Shown here: piece after piece, positions 13,541 through 28,400 of the stretch
Numbering within the stretch: the stretch's first letter is position 1
Layout of the letters: every line of letters begins with the position of its first letter
Assembly: GCA_048128005.1 (NCBI GenBank)
Contig: JBEUKZ010000068.1
Location: 186,001 to 250,000 of the forward strand
Direction: 5' to 3'
DNA from: Veleropilina oligotropha
Taxonomy: Eukaryota
DNA: 64,000 nt
Program-made: the position numbers and the translations under genes
Notes under the pieces: generated by a model
The model's database searches: none
Told to the model about the DNA's origin: nothing
The model's input: only the letters and a program-made list of their open reading frames with translations

Positions 13541-16500
13541 TGTATAAATGCGTTGACTCAGTTCATTACGGACTTGTATACCAGCTACGTATAAACGCGT
13601 TGAATCAGTTCATTACGGACTTGTATCCCAGCTACGTATAAACGCGTTGAATCAGTTCATTACGGACTTGTATCCCAGCTACGTATAAACGCGTTGAATC
13701 AGTTCATTACGGACTTGTATACCAGCTACGTATAAATGCGTTGAATCAGTGCATTACGGACTTGTATACCAGCTACGTATAAATGCGTTGAATCCGTTCA
13801 TTACGGACTTGTATACCAGCTACGTATAAAGGTGTTGAATCAGTTCATTACGGACTTCTATACCAGCTACGTATAAATGCGTTGAATCAGTTCATTACGG
13901 ACTTGTATACCAGCTACGTGTAAATGCATTGAATCAGTTCATTACGGACTTGTATACCAGCTACGTGTAAATGCATTGAATCAGTTCATTACGGACTTGT
14001 ATACCAGATATTCATCGTGTATAAATGCGTTGAATCAGTTCATTACGGACTTGTATACCAGCTTCGTATAAATGCGCTAAATCAGTTCATTACGGACTTC
14101 TATACCAGCTACGTATAAATGCGTTGAATCCGTTCATTACGGACTTGTATACCAGCTACGTATAAATGCGTTGAATCCGTTCATTACGGACTTGTATACC
14201 AGCTACGTATAAATGCGTTGAATCAGTTCATTACGGACTTGTATACCAGCTACGTATAAATGCGTTGAATCAGTTCATTACGGACTTGTATACCAGCTAC
14301 GTATAAGTGCGTTGAATCAGTTCATTACGGACTTGTATACCAGCTACGTATAAATGCGTTGAATCAGTTCATTACGGACTTGTATACCGTATTCATTACG
14401 GACTTGTATACCGTATAAATGCGTTGAATCAGTTCATTACGGACTTGTATCCCAGCTACGTATAAATGCGTTGAATCAGTTCATTACGGACTTGTATACC
14501 AGCTACGTATAAGTGCGTTGAATCAGTTCATTACGGACTTGTATACCAGCTACGTATAAATGCATTGAATCCGTTCATTACGGACTTGTATACCAGCTAC
14601 GTATAAAGGTGTTGAATCAGTTCATTACGGACTTCTATACCAGCTACGTATAAATGCGTTGAATCAGTTCATTACGGACTTGTATACCAGATACGTGTAA
14701 ATGCATTGAATCAGTTCATTACGGACTTGTATACCAGCTACGTGTAAATGCATTGAATCAGTTCATTACGGACTTGTATACCAGCTACGTGTAAATGCAT
14801 TGAATCAGTTCATTACGGACTTGTATACCAGCTACGTATAAATGCGTTGAATCAGTTCATTACGGATTTGTATACCAGCTACGTATAAATGCGTTGAATC
14901 AGTTCATTACGGACTTGTATACCAGATATTCATCGTGTATAAATGCGTTGAATCAGTTCATTACGGACTTGTATACCAGATATTCATCGTGTATAAATGC
15001 GTTGAATCAGTTCATTACGGACTTGTATACCAGCTTCGTATAAATGCGCTAAATCAGTTCATTACGGACTTCTATACCAGCTACGTATAAAGGTGTTGAA
15101 TCAGTTCATTACGGACTTCTATACCAGCTACGTATAAATGCGTTGAATCAGTTCATTACGGACTTGTATACCAGCTACGTATAAATGCGTTGAATCAGTT
15201 CATTACGGACTTGTATACCAGCTACGTATAAATGCGTTGAATCAGTTCATTACGGCCTTGTGTACCAGCTACGTATAAATGCGTTGAATCAGTTCATTAC
15301 GGACTTGTATACCAGCTACGTATAAATGCGTTGAATCAGTTCATTACGGACTTGTATACCAGCTACGTATAAATGCGTTGAATCAGTTCATTACGGATTT
15401 GTATACCAGCTACGTATAAATGCGTTGAATCAGTTCATTACGGACTTGTATACCAGATATTCATCGTGTATAAATGCGTTGAATCAGTTCATTACGGACT
15501 TGTATACCAGATATTCATCGTGTATAAATGCGTTGAATCAGTTCATTACGGACTTGTATACCAGATATTCATCGTGTATAAATGCGTTGAATCAGTTCAT
15601 TACGGACTTGTATACCAGCTACGTATAAATGCGTTGAATCAGTTCATTACGGATTTGTATACCAGCTACGTATAAATGCGTTGAATCAGTTCATTACGGA
15701 CTTGTATACCAGATATTCATCGTGTATAAATGCGTTGAATCAGTTCATTACGGACTTGTATACCAGATATTCATCGTGTATAAATGCGTTGAATCAGTTC
15801 ATTACGGACTTGTATACCAGATATTCATCGTGTATAAATGCGTGGAATCAGTTCATTACGGACTTGTATACCAGCTTCGTATAAATGCGCTAAATCAGTT
15901 CATTACGGACTTCTATACCAGCTACGTATAAAGGTGTTGAATCAGTTCATTACGGACTTCTATACCAGCTACGTATAAATGCGTTGAATCAGTTCATTAC
16001 GGACTTGTATACCAGCTACGTATAAATGCGTTGAATCAGTTCATTACGGACTTGTATACCAGCTACGTATAAATGCGTTGAATCAGTTCATTACGGACTT
16101 GTATACCAGCTACGTATAAATGCGTTGAATCAGTTCATTACGGACTTGTATACCAGCTACGTATAAATGCGTTGAATCAGTTCATTACGGACTTGTATAC
16201 CAGCTACGTATAAATGCGTTGAATCAGTTCATTACGGACTTGTATACCAGCTACGTATAAGTGCGTTGAATCAGTTCATTACGGACTTGTGTACCAGCTA
16301 CGTATAAATGCGTTGAATCAGTTCATTACGGACTTGTATACCAGCTACGTATAAAGGTGTTGAATCAGTTCATTACGGACTTGTATACCAGCTACGTATA
16401 AATGCGTTGAATCAGTTCATTACGGACTTGTATACCAGCTACGTATAAATGCGTTGAATCAGTTCATTACGGCCTTGTATACCAGCTACGTGTAAATGCG

Positions 16501-17288
16501 TTGAATCCGTTCATTACGGACTTGTGTACCAGCTACGTATAAATGCGTTGAATCAGTTCATTACGGACTTGTATACCAGCTACGTATAAATGCGTTGAAT
16601 CAGTTCATTACGGCCTTGTATACCAGCTACGTGTAAATGCGTTGAATCCGTTCATTACGGACTTGTGTACCAGCTACGTATAAAGGTGTTGAATCAGTTC
16701 ATTACGGACTTGTATACCAGCTACGTATAAATGCGTTGAATCAGTTCATTACGGACTTGTATACCAGCTACGTATAAATGCGTTGAATCAGTTCATTACG
16801 GCCTTGTATACCAGCTACGTGTAAATGCGTTGAATCCGTTCATTACGGACTTGTGTACCAGCTACGTATAAATGCGTTGAATCAGTTCATTACGGACTTG
16901 TATACCAGCTACGTATAAATGCGTTGAATCAGTTCATTACGGACTTGTATACCAGCTACGTATAAATGCGTTGAATCCGTTCATTACGGACTTGTGTACC
17001 AGCTACGTATAAATGCGTTGAATCAGTTCATTACGGACTTGTATACCAGCTACGTATAAATGCGTTGAATCAGTTCATTACGGCCTTGTATACCAGCTAC
17101 GTGTAAATGCGTTGAATCCGTTCATTACGGACTTGTATACCAGCTACGTATAAATGCGTTGAATCAGTTCATTACGGACTTGTATACCAGCTACGTATAA
17201 GTGCGTTGAATCAGTTCATTACGGACTTGTATCCCAGCTACGTATAAATGCGTTGAATCAGTTCATTACGGACTTTTATACCAGCTAC
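13541..17288. repeat. 47-bp satellite (~80 copies) with a 54-bp variant
   Basis: gtataaatgcgttgaatcagttcattacggacttgtataccagctac repeated; the variant has cagatattcatcgt in place of cagctac. Confidence 0.97.
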
Positions 17289-18700
17289 ATTTTCCTGCAT
17301 GATTGCATTCCATTCTTGCATATTAAGAACATCCAATATCTCTTGATCAAATTCTTCATCGAGTTAAAGATTATGTGAAACCGCAAAATTATGCAAGGCC
17401 CCACAAGCGCCAATGATTTTGGATGCCCGGTCAGGCTTAAACATGCACAGTTTTGCCAGGCACCGCCATCTCATCTTCAGAACCGCGTTACAACGTTCAA
17501 CAACTGAACACCCATGCTTGTCTGCAGCATTGTGTCGTAGTTCTGCAGGAGTGATTGGATTTCCTAGGGGCACAAGCAGCCAAGTAATTAATGCATATCC
17601 AGAATCACCAAGAAGCCAGCTATTAGGCATGTGGCCATCATAATCACCAAGAAGCCAGCTATTAGGAACATGTCAGCAAGGTGCGAGTGCCGTAATGCGA
17701 ACGAATCACGAGTTGAACTGTGCCAGCGAGCATCAATATCGAAGATTTTCAGTCGCGAGTTGCAAATAATTTGACAGTTTACTGAATGGAACCTTTCCTG
17801 ATGGGCACCATCAACTACTCCAGCAATACATGGAAACCCATTAAAAATGAAAAAACTCTTGCTTGGTAATTATTAGTTCTTGGTCATTTGGCCAAGTTAT
17901 AAAGCGATCAATTTGTTCACAAATTGCGATGGCGACTAGTTGCTAGCAGACCTTTCTGATATCCCATGAACGTCGTCAATCATTGGAAGAAAGCTTTCCT
18001 GAGAAAAATACATAACTGTAGTGAGGGTTATAATGCCTGTGACCTGAAAAACGTAAAAAGTCATTTTGTACATTAATTGCGACAAATAACAAATTCAATA
18101 TATAAATATGCTTCCGTAGTTATCATAGATGCTTCATGTTTCATGCGAAATGTTGTTAACACCATTGTTAGTTTATTTGATAAAATAAGCGTAAACGTTT
18201 ACCATCTATTATAATCCCAAAATATGGGTTCATTTTTATCATGAAGAAAAAAATTAATATTGCATACAATTAACAGTTGTATCATTTTCATTATAAGATG
18301 GCACACCAACAGGTTAAAGTCAGTGGACATTGTTAGCGCTTTTACAATAGATAACTACAAACCTAGTAAAGAGTAATTGAACTCATTGATATTTTATGAA
18401 GTTCGATGATTAAGTATCGAAATATGAAAACAAGTGTAAATAATTGATGGAATTAAATATGTATAGATACTACATACCTGTAGGTATGCCTTTCCAAAGA
18501 AGGAGCAATCATGTCCAGTAGATTTCGTAGTCTTACGTATGCGATCATCTACACATATTTCGCGTACTATCAACTCGCTAACAGTGGATGAGATCGCTGT
18601 GATATCAAGACGTTATTAACCGCACAATTGATAGAGTATCATTGTTTTGATGCGGTCTGTGAACAATTGTCTATTAGACATTAACTATCAATGCTCTACC
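17289..18700 (-). pseudogene. Degenerate PIF/Harbinger (HARBI1-like) transposase
   Basis: WLLGDSGYAL, VVERC..VLKMRWRCL and ACGALHN in ORF 17364-17630; upstream parts carry stops and frameshifts; 5' limit approximate. Confidence 0.85.
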
Positions 18701-19471
18701 AAATGCGTTCCAAACGTTTCCATGTGGCTAAACTTATTGATAGACCTCTGATACACATCTGATTGCGCTATCGGCATTTTGATGCGCTGGGCTCGGCTGG
18801 TTGATGCAGTTAAAGGTACTGAACTCAAATAAGTCCAGTAAAATGGTATTTAATCTTGACACTGTCTGTAAATGATCTATGCATAAAGTTAGGGCTAGGG
18901 TTATATCTTGAAATAAAATACAATAAATGTTGATGTTGAATGAAAAGCGCCCACCTTTAATTCACTATCGACATTTATATGGTCTATTACGGTACTAATA
19001 TTAAATTATAATGCATCAAAACGAATGTCGGTAATTTTTTTCAGTAACAAAATTCGTTCAAAAGAATTTACGAGAGTTATGGAGCATGATGAAAAGGCAA
19101 AGGTTCTTGATTGGGAGAAGAAAACCAGTATTCACTGGCAGAAATTTTGCGAAAAGTTGCAATTTTTCAAAATCAGATGGTCATGTGCTGAACTATAACA
19201 TCTTTCAACGACATTCGTCAAAAGCTATTTGTGAACACACACACATTGGCAATTGAAGACGTAAAATTATTTTTAGTTCATAACCCTTAAACCAAATATG
19301 TCACCAGGATGACGTCATTGCTAATTGCAGGAATTACAACTGCTAAATGAGAGCAACCTATATTACATAGAAAAAACTCTTTTCTCTTGTGGGATGCCAG
19401 GAACATAAATAAATTGTCTTTTCCTTTTGATAAGACATTGATAAGACCAGGACGCATTATGCAGACTTTCT

Positions 19472-22400
19472 GTTAGAGGGGATGAGGATTGGGAAGGTGA
19501 GAGGGATGGAGGATTGGGGCGGTTAGAGAGACAGAGGATTGGGGAGGTTAGAGGGACAGAGGATTGGGGAGGTTAGAGGGACAGAGGATTGGGGAGGTGA
19601 GAGGGACAGAGGATTGGGGAGGTGAGAGGGACAGAGGATTGGGGAGGTTAGAGGGACAGAGGATTGGGGAGGTTAGAGGGATGGAGGATTGGGGCGGTTA
19701 GAGGGACAGAGGATTGGGGAGGTTAGAGGGACAGAGGATTGGGGAGGTTAGAGAGACAGAGGATTGGGGAGGTTAGAGGGATGGAGGATTGGGGAGGTTA
19801 GAGAGACAGAGGATTGGGGAGGTTAGAGAGACAGAGGATTGGGGAGGTTAGAGGGACAGAGGATTGGGGAGGTTAGAGGGACAGAGGATTGGGGAGGTTA
19901 GAGGGATGGAGGATTGGGGCGGTTAGAGGGACAGAGGATTGGGGAGGTTAGAGGGACAGAGGATTGGGGAGGTTAGAGAGACAGAGGATTGGGGAGGTTA
20001 GAGGGATGGAGGATTGGGGAGGTTAGAGAGACAGAGGATTGGGGAGGTTAGAGAGACAGAGGATTGGGGAGGTTAGAGGGACAGAGGATTGGGGAGGTTA
20101 GAGGGGCAGAGGATTGGGGAGGCTAGAGGGACAGAGGATTGGGGAGGTTAGAGGGACAGAGGATTGGGGAGGTTAGAGGGATGGAGGATTGGGGAGGTTA
20201 GAGGGATGGAGGATTGGGGGAGGTTAGAGGGATGCAGGATTGGGGAGGTTAGAGAGACGGAGGATTGGGGAGGTGAGAGGGACAGAGGATTGGGGAGGTG
20301 AGAGGGATGGAGGATTGGGGAGGTTAGAGGGACAGAGGATTGGGGAGATTAGAGGGACAGAGGATTGGGGAGGTGAGAGGGACAGAGGATTGGGGAGGTT
20401 AGAGGGACAGAGGATTGGGGAGGTGAGAGGGATGGAGGATTGGGAAGGTGAGAGGGATGGAGGATTGGGGAGATTAGAGGGACAGAGGATTGGGGAGGTG
20501 AGAGGGACAGAGGATTGGGGAGGTGAGAGGGATGGAGGATTGGGGAGATTAGAGGGACAGAGGATTGGGGAGGTTAGAGGGACAGAGGATTGGGGAGATT
20601 AGAGGGACAGAGGATTGGGGAGGTGAGAGGGATGGAGGATTGGGAAGGTGAGAGGGACAGAGGATTGGGGAGGTGAGAGGGACAGAGGATTGGGGAGGTG
20701 AGAGGGATGGAGGATTGGGGAGGTGAGAGGGACAGAGGATTGGGGAGGTGAGAGGGACAGAGGATTGGGGAGGTGAGAGGGACAGAGGATTGGGGAGGTG
20801 AGAGGGATGGAGGATTGGGGAGATTAGAGGGACAGAGGATTGGGGAGGTGAGAGGGACAGAGGATTGGGGAGGTGAGAGGGATGGAGGATTGGGGAGATT
20901 AGAGGGACAGAGGATTGGGAAGGTGAGAGGGATGGAGGATTGGGGAGATTAGAGGGACAGAGGATTGGGGAGGTGAGAGGGACAGAGGATTGGGGAGGTG
21001 AGAGGGACAGAGGATTGGGGAGGTTAGAGGGATGGAGGATTGGGGAGGTGAGAGGGATGGAGGATTGGGAAGGTGAGAGGGACAGAGGATTGGGGAGGTT
21101 AGAGGGACAGAGGATTGGGGAGGTGAGAGGGATGGAGGATTGGGGAGGTGAGAGGGATGGAGGATTGGGAAGGTGAGAGGGACAGAGGATTGGGGAGGTG
21201 AGAGGGACAGAGGATTGGGGAGGTGAGAGGGATGGAGGATTGGGAAGGTGAGAGGGATGGAGGATTGGGGAGGTGAGAGGGATGGAGGATTGGGGAGGTG
21301 AGAGGGACAGAGGATTGGGGAGGTGAGAGGGACAGAGGATTGGGGAGGTGAGAGGGATGGAGGATTGGGGAGATTAGAGGGACAGAGGATTGGGGAGGTG
21401 AGAGGGACAGAGGATTGGGGAGGTGAGAGGGATGGAGGATTGGGGAGGTGAGAGGGATGGAGGATTGGGAAGGTGAGAGGGACAGAGGATTGGGGAGGTG
21501 AGAGGGACAGAGGATTGGGGAGGTGAGAGGGACAGAGGATTGGGGAGGTGAGAGGGATGGAGGATTGGGAAGGTGAGAGGGACAGAGGATTGGGAAGGTG
21601 AGAGGGATGGAGGATTGGGGAGGTGAGAGGGACAGAGGATTGGGGAGGTGAGAGGGACAGAGGATTGGGGAGGTGAGAGGGATGGAGGATTGGGGAGATT
21701 AGAGGGACAGAGGATTGGGGAGGTGAGAGGGACAGAGGATTGGGGAGGTGAGAGGGACAGAGGATTGGGAAGGTGAGAGGGATGGAGGATTGGGGAGATT
21801 AGAGGGACAGAGGATTGGGGAGGTGAGAGGGACAGAGGATTGGGGAGGTGAGAGGGATGGAGGATTGGGGAGATTAGAGGGACAGAGGATTGGGAAGGTG
21901 AGAGGGATGGAGGATTGGGGAGATTAGAGGGACAGAGGATTGGGGAGGTGAGAGGGACAGAGGATTGGGGAGGTGAGAGGGACAGAGGATTGGGGAGGTG
22001 AGAGGGATGGAGGATTGGGGAGGTGAGAGGGATGGAGGATTGGGGAGGTGAGAGGGACAGAGGATTGGGGAGGTGAGAGGGACAGAGGATTGGGGAGGTG
22101 AGAGGGATGGAGGATTGGGGAGGTGAGAGGGATGGAGGATTGGGGAGGTGAGAGGGATGGAGGATTGGGGAGATTAGAGGGACAGAGGATTGGGGAGGTG
22201 AGAGGGACAGAGGATTGGGGAGGTGAGAGGGACAGAGGATTGGGGAGGTGAGAGGGATGGAGGATTGGGGAGGTGAGAGGGATGGAGGATTGGGGAGGTG
22301 AGAGGGACAGAGGATTGGGGAGGTGAGAGGGACAGAGGATTGGGGAGGTGAGAGGGATGGAGGATTGGGGAGGTGAGAGGGATGGAGGATTGGGAAGGTG

Positions 22401-25400
22401 AGAGGGACAGAGGATTGGGGAGATTAGAGGGATGGAGGATTGGGGAGGTGAGAGGGACAGAGGATTGGGGAGGTGAGAGGGATGGAGGATTGGGGAGGTG
22501 AGAGGGATGGAGGATTGGGGAGGTGAGAGGGATGGAGGATTGGGAAGGTGAGAGGGATGGAGGATTGGGGAGGTGAGAGGGATGGAGGATTGGGGAGGTG
22601 AGAGGGATGGAGGATTGGGAAGGTGAGAGGGATGGAGGATTGGGGAGGTGAGAGGGACAGAGGATTGGGGAGGTGAGAGGGACAGAGGATTGGGGAGGTG
22701 AGAGGGACAGAGGATTGGGGAGGTGAGAGGGATGGAGGATTGGGGAGGTGAGAGGGATGGAGGATTGGGGAGGTGAGAGGGACAGAGGATTGGGGAGGTG
22801 AGAGGGACAGAGGATTGGGGAGGTGAGAGGGATGGAGGATTGGGGAGGTGAGAGGGATGGAGGATTGGGGAGGTTAGAGGGACAGAGGATTGGGGAGGTG
22901 AGAGGGACAGAGGATTGGGGAGGTGAGAGGGATGGAGGATTGGGAAGGTGAGAGGGACAGAGGATTGGGGAGGTGAGAGGGATGGAGGATTGGGAAGGTG
23001 AGAGGGACAGAGGATTGGGGAGGTGAGAGGGACAGAGGATTGGGAAGGTGAGAGGGATGGAGGATTGGGGAGGTGAGAGGGATGGAGGATTGGGGAGGTG
23101 AGAGGGACAGAGGATTGGGGAGGTTAGAGGGACAGAGGATTGGGGAGGTGAGAGGGACAGAGGATTGGGGAGGTGAGAGGGATGGAGGATTGGGAAGGTG
23201 AGAGGGACAGAGGATTGGGGAGGTGAGAGGGATGGAGGATTGGGAAGGTGAGAGGGACAGAGGATTGGGGAGGTGAGAGGGACAGAGGATTGGGGAGATT
23301 AGAGGGACAGAGGATTGGGGAGGTGAGAGGGACAGAGGATTGGGGAGGTTAGAGGGACAGAGGATTGGGGAGATTAGAGGGACAGAGGATTGGGGAGATT
23401 AGAGGGACAGAGGATTGGGGAGGTGAGAGGGACAGAGGATTGGGAAGGTGAGAGGGATGGAGGATTGGGGAGATTAGAGGGACAGAGGATTGGGGAGGTT
23501 AGAGGGACAGAGGATTGGGGAGGTTAGAGGGACAGAGGATTGGGGAGGTGAGAGGGACAGAGGATTGGGGAGGTGAGAGGGACAGAGGATTGGGGAGGTT
23601 AGAGGGACAGAGGATTGGGGAGGTGAGAGGGACAGAGGATTGGGGAGGTGAGAGGGACAGAGGATTGGGGAGGTGAGAGGGACAGAGGATTGGGAAGGTG
23701 AGAGGGACAGAGGATTGGGAAGGTGAGAGGGACAGAGGATTGGGGAGGTGAGAGGGATGGAGGATTGGGGAGATTAGAGGGACAGAGGATTGGGGAGGTG
23801 AGAGGGACAGAGGATTGGGGAGGTGAGAGGGACGGAGGATTGGGGAGGTGAGAGGGACAGAGGATTGGGGAGGTTAGAGGGACAGAGGATTGGGGAGATT
23901 AGAGGGACAGAGGATTGGGAAGGTGAGAGGGATGGAGGATTGGGGAGATTAGAGGGACAGAGGATTGGGGAGGTTAGAGGGACAGAGGATTGGGGAGGTT
24001 AGAGGGATGGAGGATTGGGGAGGTGAGAGGGATGGAGGATTGGGGAGATTAGAGGGACAGAGGATTGGGGAGGTGAGAGGGACAGAGGATTGGGGAGGTT
24101 AGAGGGACAGAGGATTGGGGAGGTGAGAGGGATGGAGGATTGGGGAGATTAGAGGGACAGAGGATTGGGGAGGTGAGAGGGACAGAGGATTGGGAAGGTG
24201 AGAGGGATGGAGGATTGGGAAGGTGAGAGGGACAGAGGATTGGGGAGGTTAGAGGGACAGAGGATTGGGGAGATTAGAGGGATGGAGGATTGGGGAGATT
24301 AGAGGGACAGAGGATTGGGGAGGTGAGAGGGATGGAGGATTGGGAAGGTGAGAGGGACAGAGGATTGGGAAGGTGAGAGGGATGGAGGATTGGGGAGATT
24401 AGAGAGACAGAGGATTGGGGAGGTGAGAGGGACAGAGGATTGGGAAGGTGAGAGGGACAGAGGATTGGGAAGGTGAGAGGGACAGAGGATTGGGGAGGTG
24501 AGAGGGATGGAGGATTGGGGAGATTAGAGGGACAGAGGATTGGGGAGGTGAGAGGGACAGAGGATTGGGGAGGTGAGAGGGACAGAGGATTGGGGAGGTG
24601 AGAGGGACAGAGGATTGGGAAGGTGAGAGGGACAGAGGATTGGGGAGATTAGAGGGACAGAGGATTGGGGAGGTGAGAGGGATGGAGGATTGGGGAGGTT
24701 AGAGGGACAGAGGATTGGGGAGGTGAGAGGGACAGAGGATTGGGGAGGTGAGAGGGACAGAGGATTGGGGAGGTTAGAGGGACAGAGGATTGGGGAGGTG
24801 AGAGGGACAGAGGATTGGGGAGGTGAGAGGGACAGAGGATTGGGGAGGTGAGAGGGATGGAGGATTGGGGAGGTGAGAGGGATGGAGGATTGGGAAGGTG
24901 AGAGGGACAGAGGATTGGGAAGGTGAGAGGGACAGAGGATTGGGGAGGTTAGAGGGACAGAGGATTGGGGAGGTGAGAGGGACAGAGGATTGGGGAGGTT
25001 AGAGGGACAGAGGATTGGGGAGGTTAGAGGGACAGAGGATTGGGAAGGTGAGAGGGATGGAGGATTGGGGAGGTTAGAGGGATGGAGGATTGGGGAGGTT
25101 AGAGGGACAGAGGATTGGGGAGGTTAGAGGGACAGAGGATTGGGAAGGTGAGAGGGATGGAGGATTGGGGAGATTAGAGGGATGGAGGATTGGGGAGGTG
25201 AGAGGGATGGAGGATTGGGGAGATTAGAGGGACAGAGGATTGGGGAGGTGAGAGGGACAGAGGATTGGGGAGGTGAGAGGGACAGAGGATTGGGGAGGTG
25301 AGAGGGACAGAGGATTGGGGAGGTGAGAGGGACAGAGGATTGGGGAGGTGAGAGGGATGGAGGATTGGGAAGGTGAGAGGGATGGAGGATTGGGAAGGTG

Positions 25401-28400
25401 AGAGGGACAGAGGATTGGGGAGGTGAGAGGGACAGAGGATTGGGGAGGTTAGAGGGACAGAGGATTGGGGAGGTGAGAGGGACAGAGGATTGGGGAGGTT
25501 AGAGGGACAGAGGATTGGGGAGGTGAGAGGGACAGAGGATTGGGGAGGTGAGAGGGACAGAGGATTGGGGAGGTTAGAGGGACAGAGGATTGGGAAGGTG
25601 AGAGGGATGGAGGATTGGGGAGATTAGAGAGACAGAGGATTGGGGAGGTGAGAGGGATGGAGGATTGGGGAGGTGAGAGGGATGGAGGATTGGGGAGGTT
25701 AGAGGGACAGAGGATTGGGGAGGTGAGAGGGACAGAGGATTGGGGAGGTGAGAGGGATGGAGGATTGGGGAGGTTAGAGGGACAGAGGATTGGGGAGGTG
25801 AGAGGGACAGAGGATTGGGGAGGTGAGAGGGATGGAGGATTGGGGAGGTTAGAGGGACAGAGGATTGGGGAGGTGAGAGGGATGGAGGATTGGGGAGGTT
25901 AGAGGGACAGAGGATTGGGGAGATTAGAGGGACAGAGGATTGGGAAGGTGAGAGGGATGGAGGATTGGGGAGATTAGAGGGACAGAGGATTGGGGAGGTG
26001 AGAGGGACAGAGGATTGGGGAGGTGAGAGGGATGGAGGATTGGGGAGGTGAGAGGGACAGAGGATTGGGGAGGTGAGAGGGATGGAGGATTGGGGAGATT
26101 AGAGGGACAGAGGATTGGGGAGGTGAGAGGGATGGAGGATTGGGGAGGTGAGAGGGACAGAGGATTGGGGAGGTGAGAGGGATGGAGGATTGGGGAGATT
26201 AGAGGGACAGAGGATTGGGGAGGTTAGAGGGACAGAGGATTGGGGAGGTTAGAGGGACAGAGGATTGGGGAGATTAGAGGGACAGAGGATTGGGAAGGTG
26301 AGAGGGATGGAGGATTGGGGAGATTAGAGGGACAGAGGATTGGGGAGATTAGAGGGACAGAGGATTGGGGAGATTAGAGGGACAGAGGATTGGGGAGGTG
26401 AGAGGGACAGAGGATTGGGGAGGTGAGAGGGACAGAGGATTGGGGAGGTGAGAGGGATGGAGGATTGGGGAGATTAGAGGGACAGAGGATTGGGGAGGTG
26501 AGAGGGATGGAGGATTGGGGAGGTGAGAGGGACAGAGGATTGGGGAGGTGAGAGGGATGGAGGATTGGGGAGATTAGAGGGACAGAGGATTGGGGAGGTG
26601 AGAGGGACAGAGGATTGGGGAGGTGAGAGGGACAGAGGATTGGGGAGGTGAGAGGGATGGAGGATTGGGGAGATTAGAGGGACAGAGGATTGGGGAGGTT
26701 AGAGGGACAGAGGATTGGGAAGGTGAGAGGGATGGAGGATTGGGGAGATTAGAGGGACAGAGGATTGGGGAGGTTAGAGGGACAGAGGATTGGGGAGGTT
26801 AGAGGGACAGAGGATTGGGGAGATTAGAGGGACAGAGGATTGGGAAGGTGAGAGGGATGGAGGATTGGGGAGATTAGAGGGACAGAGGATTGGGGAGGTG
26901 AGAGGGACAGAGGATTGGGGAGATTAGAGGGACAGAGGATTGGGGAAGTTCGAGGGATGGAGGATTGGGGAGGTTAGAGGGATGGAGGATTGGGGCGGTT
27001 AGAGGGACAGAGGATTGGGGAGGTGAGAGGGATGGAGGATTGGGGAGGTGAGAGGGATGGAGGATTGGGGAGGTGAGAGGGATGGAGGATTGGGGAGGTG
27101 AGAGGGATGGAGGATTGGGGAGGTGAGAGGGATGGAGGATTGGGGAGGTGAGAGGGATGGAGGATTGGGGAGGTGAGAGGGATGGAGGATTGGGGAGGTT
27201 AGAGGGATGGAGGATTGGGGAGGTTAGAGGGACAGAGGATTGGGGAGGTTAGAGGGATGGAGGATTGGGGAGGTTAGAGGGACAGAGGATTGGGGAGGTG
27301 AGAGGGACAGAGGATTGGGAAGGTGAGAGGGATGGAGGATTGGGGAGATTAGAGGGACAGAGGATTGGGGAGGTGAGAGGGATGGAGGATTGGGGAGGTG
27401 AGAGGGACAGAGGATTGGGGAGGTGAGAGGGATGGAGGATTGGGGAGATTAGAGGGACAGAGGATTGGGGAGGTGAGAGGGATGGAGGATTGGGGAGGTG
27501 AGAGGGACAGAGGATTGGGGAGGTGAGAGGGATGGAGGATTGGGGAGATTAGAGGGACAGAGGATTGGGGAGGTTAGAGGGACAGAGGATTGGGGAGGTT
27601 AGAGGGACAGAGGATTGGGGAGATTAGAGGGACAGAGGATTGGGAAGGTGAGAGGGATGGAGGATTGGGGAGATTAGAGAGACAGAGGATTGGGGAGGTG
27701 AGAGGGATGGAGGATTGGGGAGGTGAGAGGGACAGAGGATTGGGGAGGTGAGAGGGACAGAGGATTGGGGAGGTGAGAGGGATGGAGGATTGGGGAGATT
27801 AGAGGGACAGAGGATTGGGGAGGTTAGAGGGACAGAGGATTGGGAAGGTGAGAGGGATGGAGGATTGGGGAGGTGAGAGGGATGGAGGATTGGGAAGGTG
27901 AGAGGGACAGAGGATTGGGGAGGTTAGAGGGACAGAGGATTGGGGAGGTGAGAGGGATGGAGGATTGGGGAGGTGAGAGGGACAGAGGATTGGGGAGGTG
28001 AGAGGGACAGAGGATTGGGAAGGTTAGAGGGACAGAGGATTGGGGAGGTGAGAGGGATGGAGGATTGGGGAGGTGAGAGGGATGGAGGATTGGGAAGGTG
28101 AGAGGGACAGAGGATTGGGGAGGTTAGAGGGACAGAGGATTGGGGAGGTGAGAGGGATGGAGGATTGGGGAGGTGAGAGGGACAGAGGATTGGGGAGGTG
28201 AGAGGGACAGAGGATTGGGAAGGTTAGAGGGACAGAGGATTGGGGAGGTGAGAGGGATGGAGGATTGGGGAGATTAGAGGGATGGAGGATTGGGGAGATT
28301 AGAGGGACAGAGGATTGGGGAGGTGAGAGGGATGGAGGATTGGGGAGGTGAGAGGGACAGAGGATTGGGGAGGTGAGAGGGACAGAGGATTGGGGAGGTG

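Noticed and set aside
13541..17288. CRISPR-like regular array
   Set aside because: Units are head-to-tail with no unique spacers, there are no cas genes, and the context is eukaryotic
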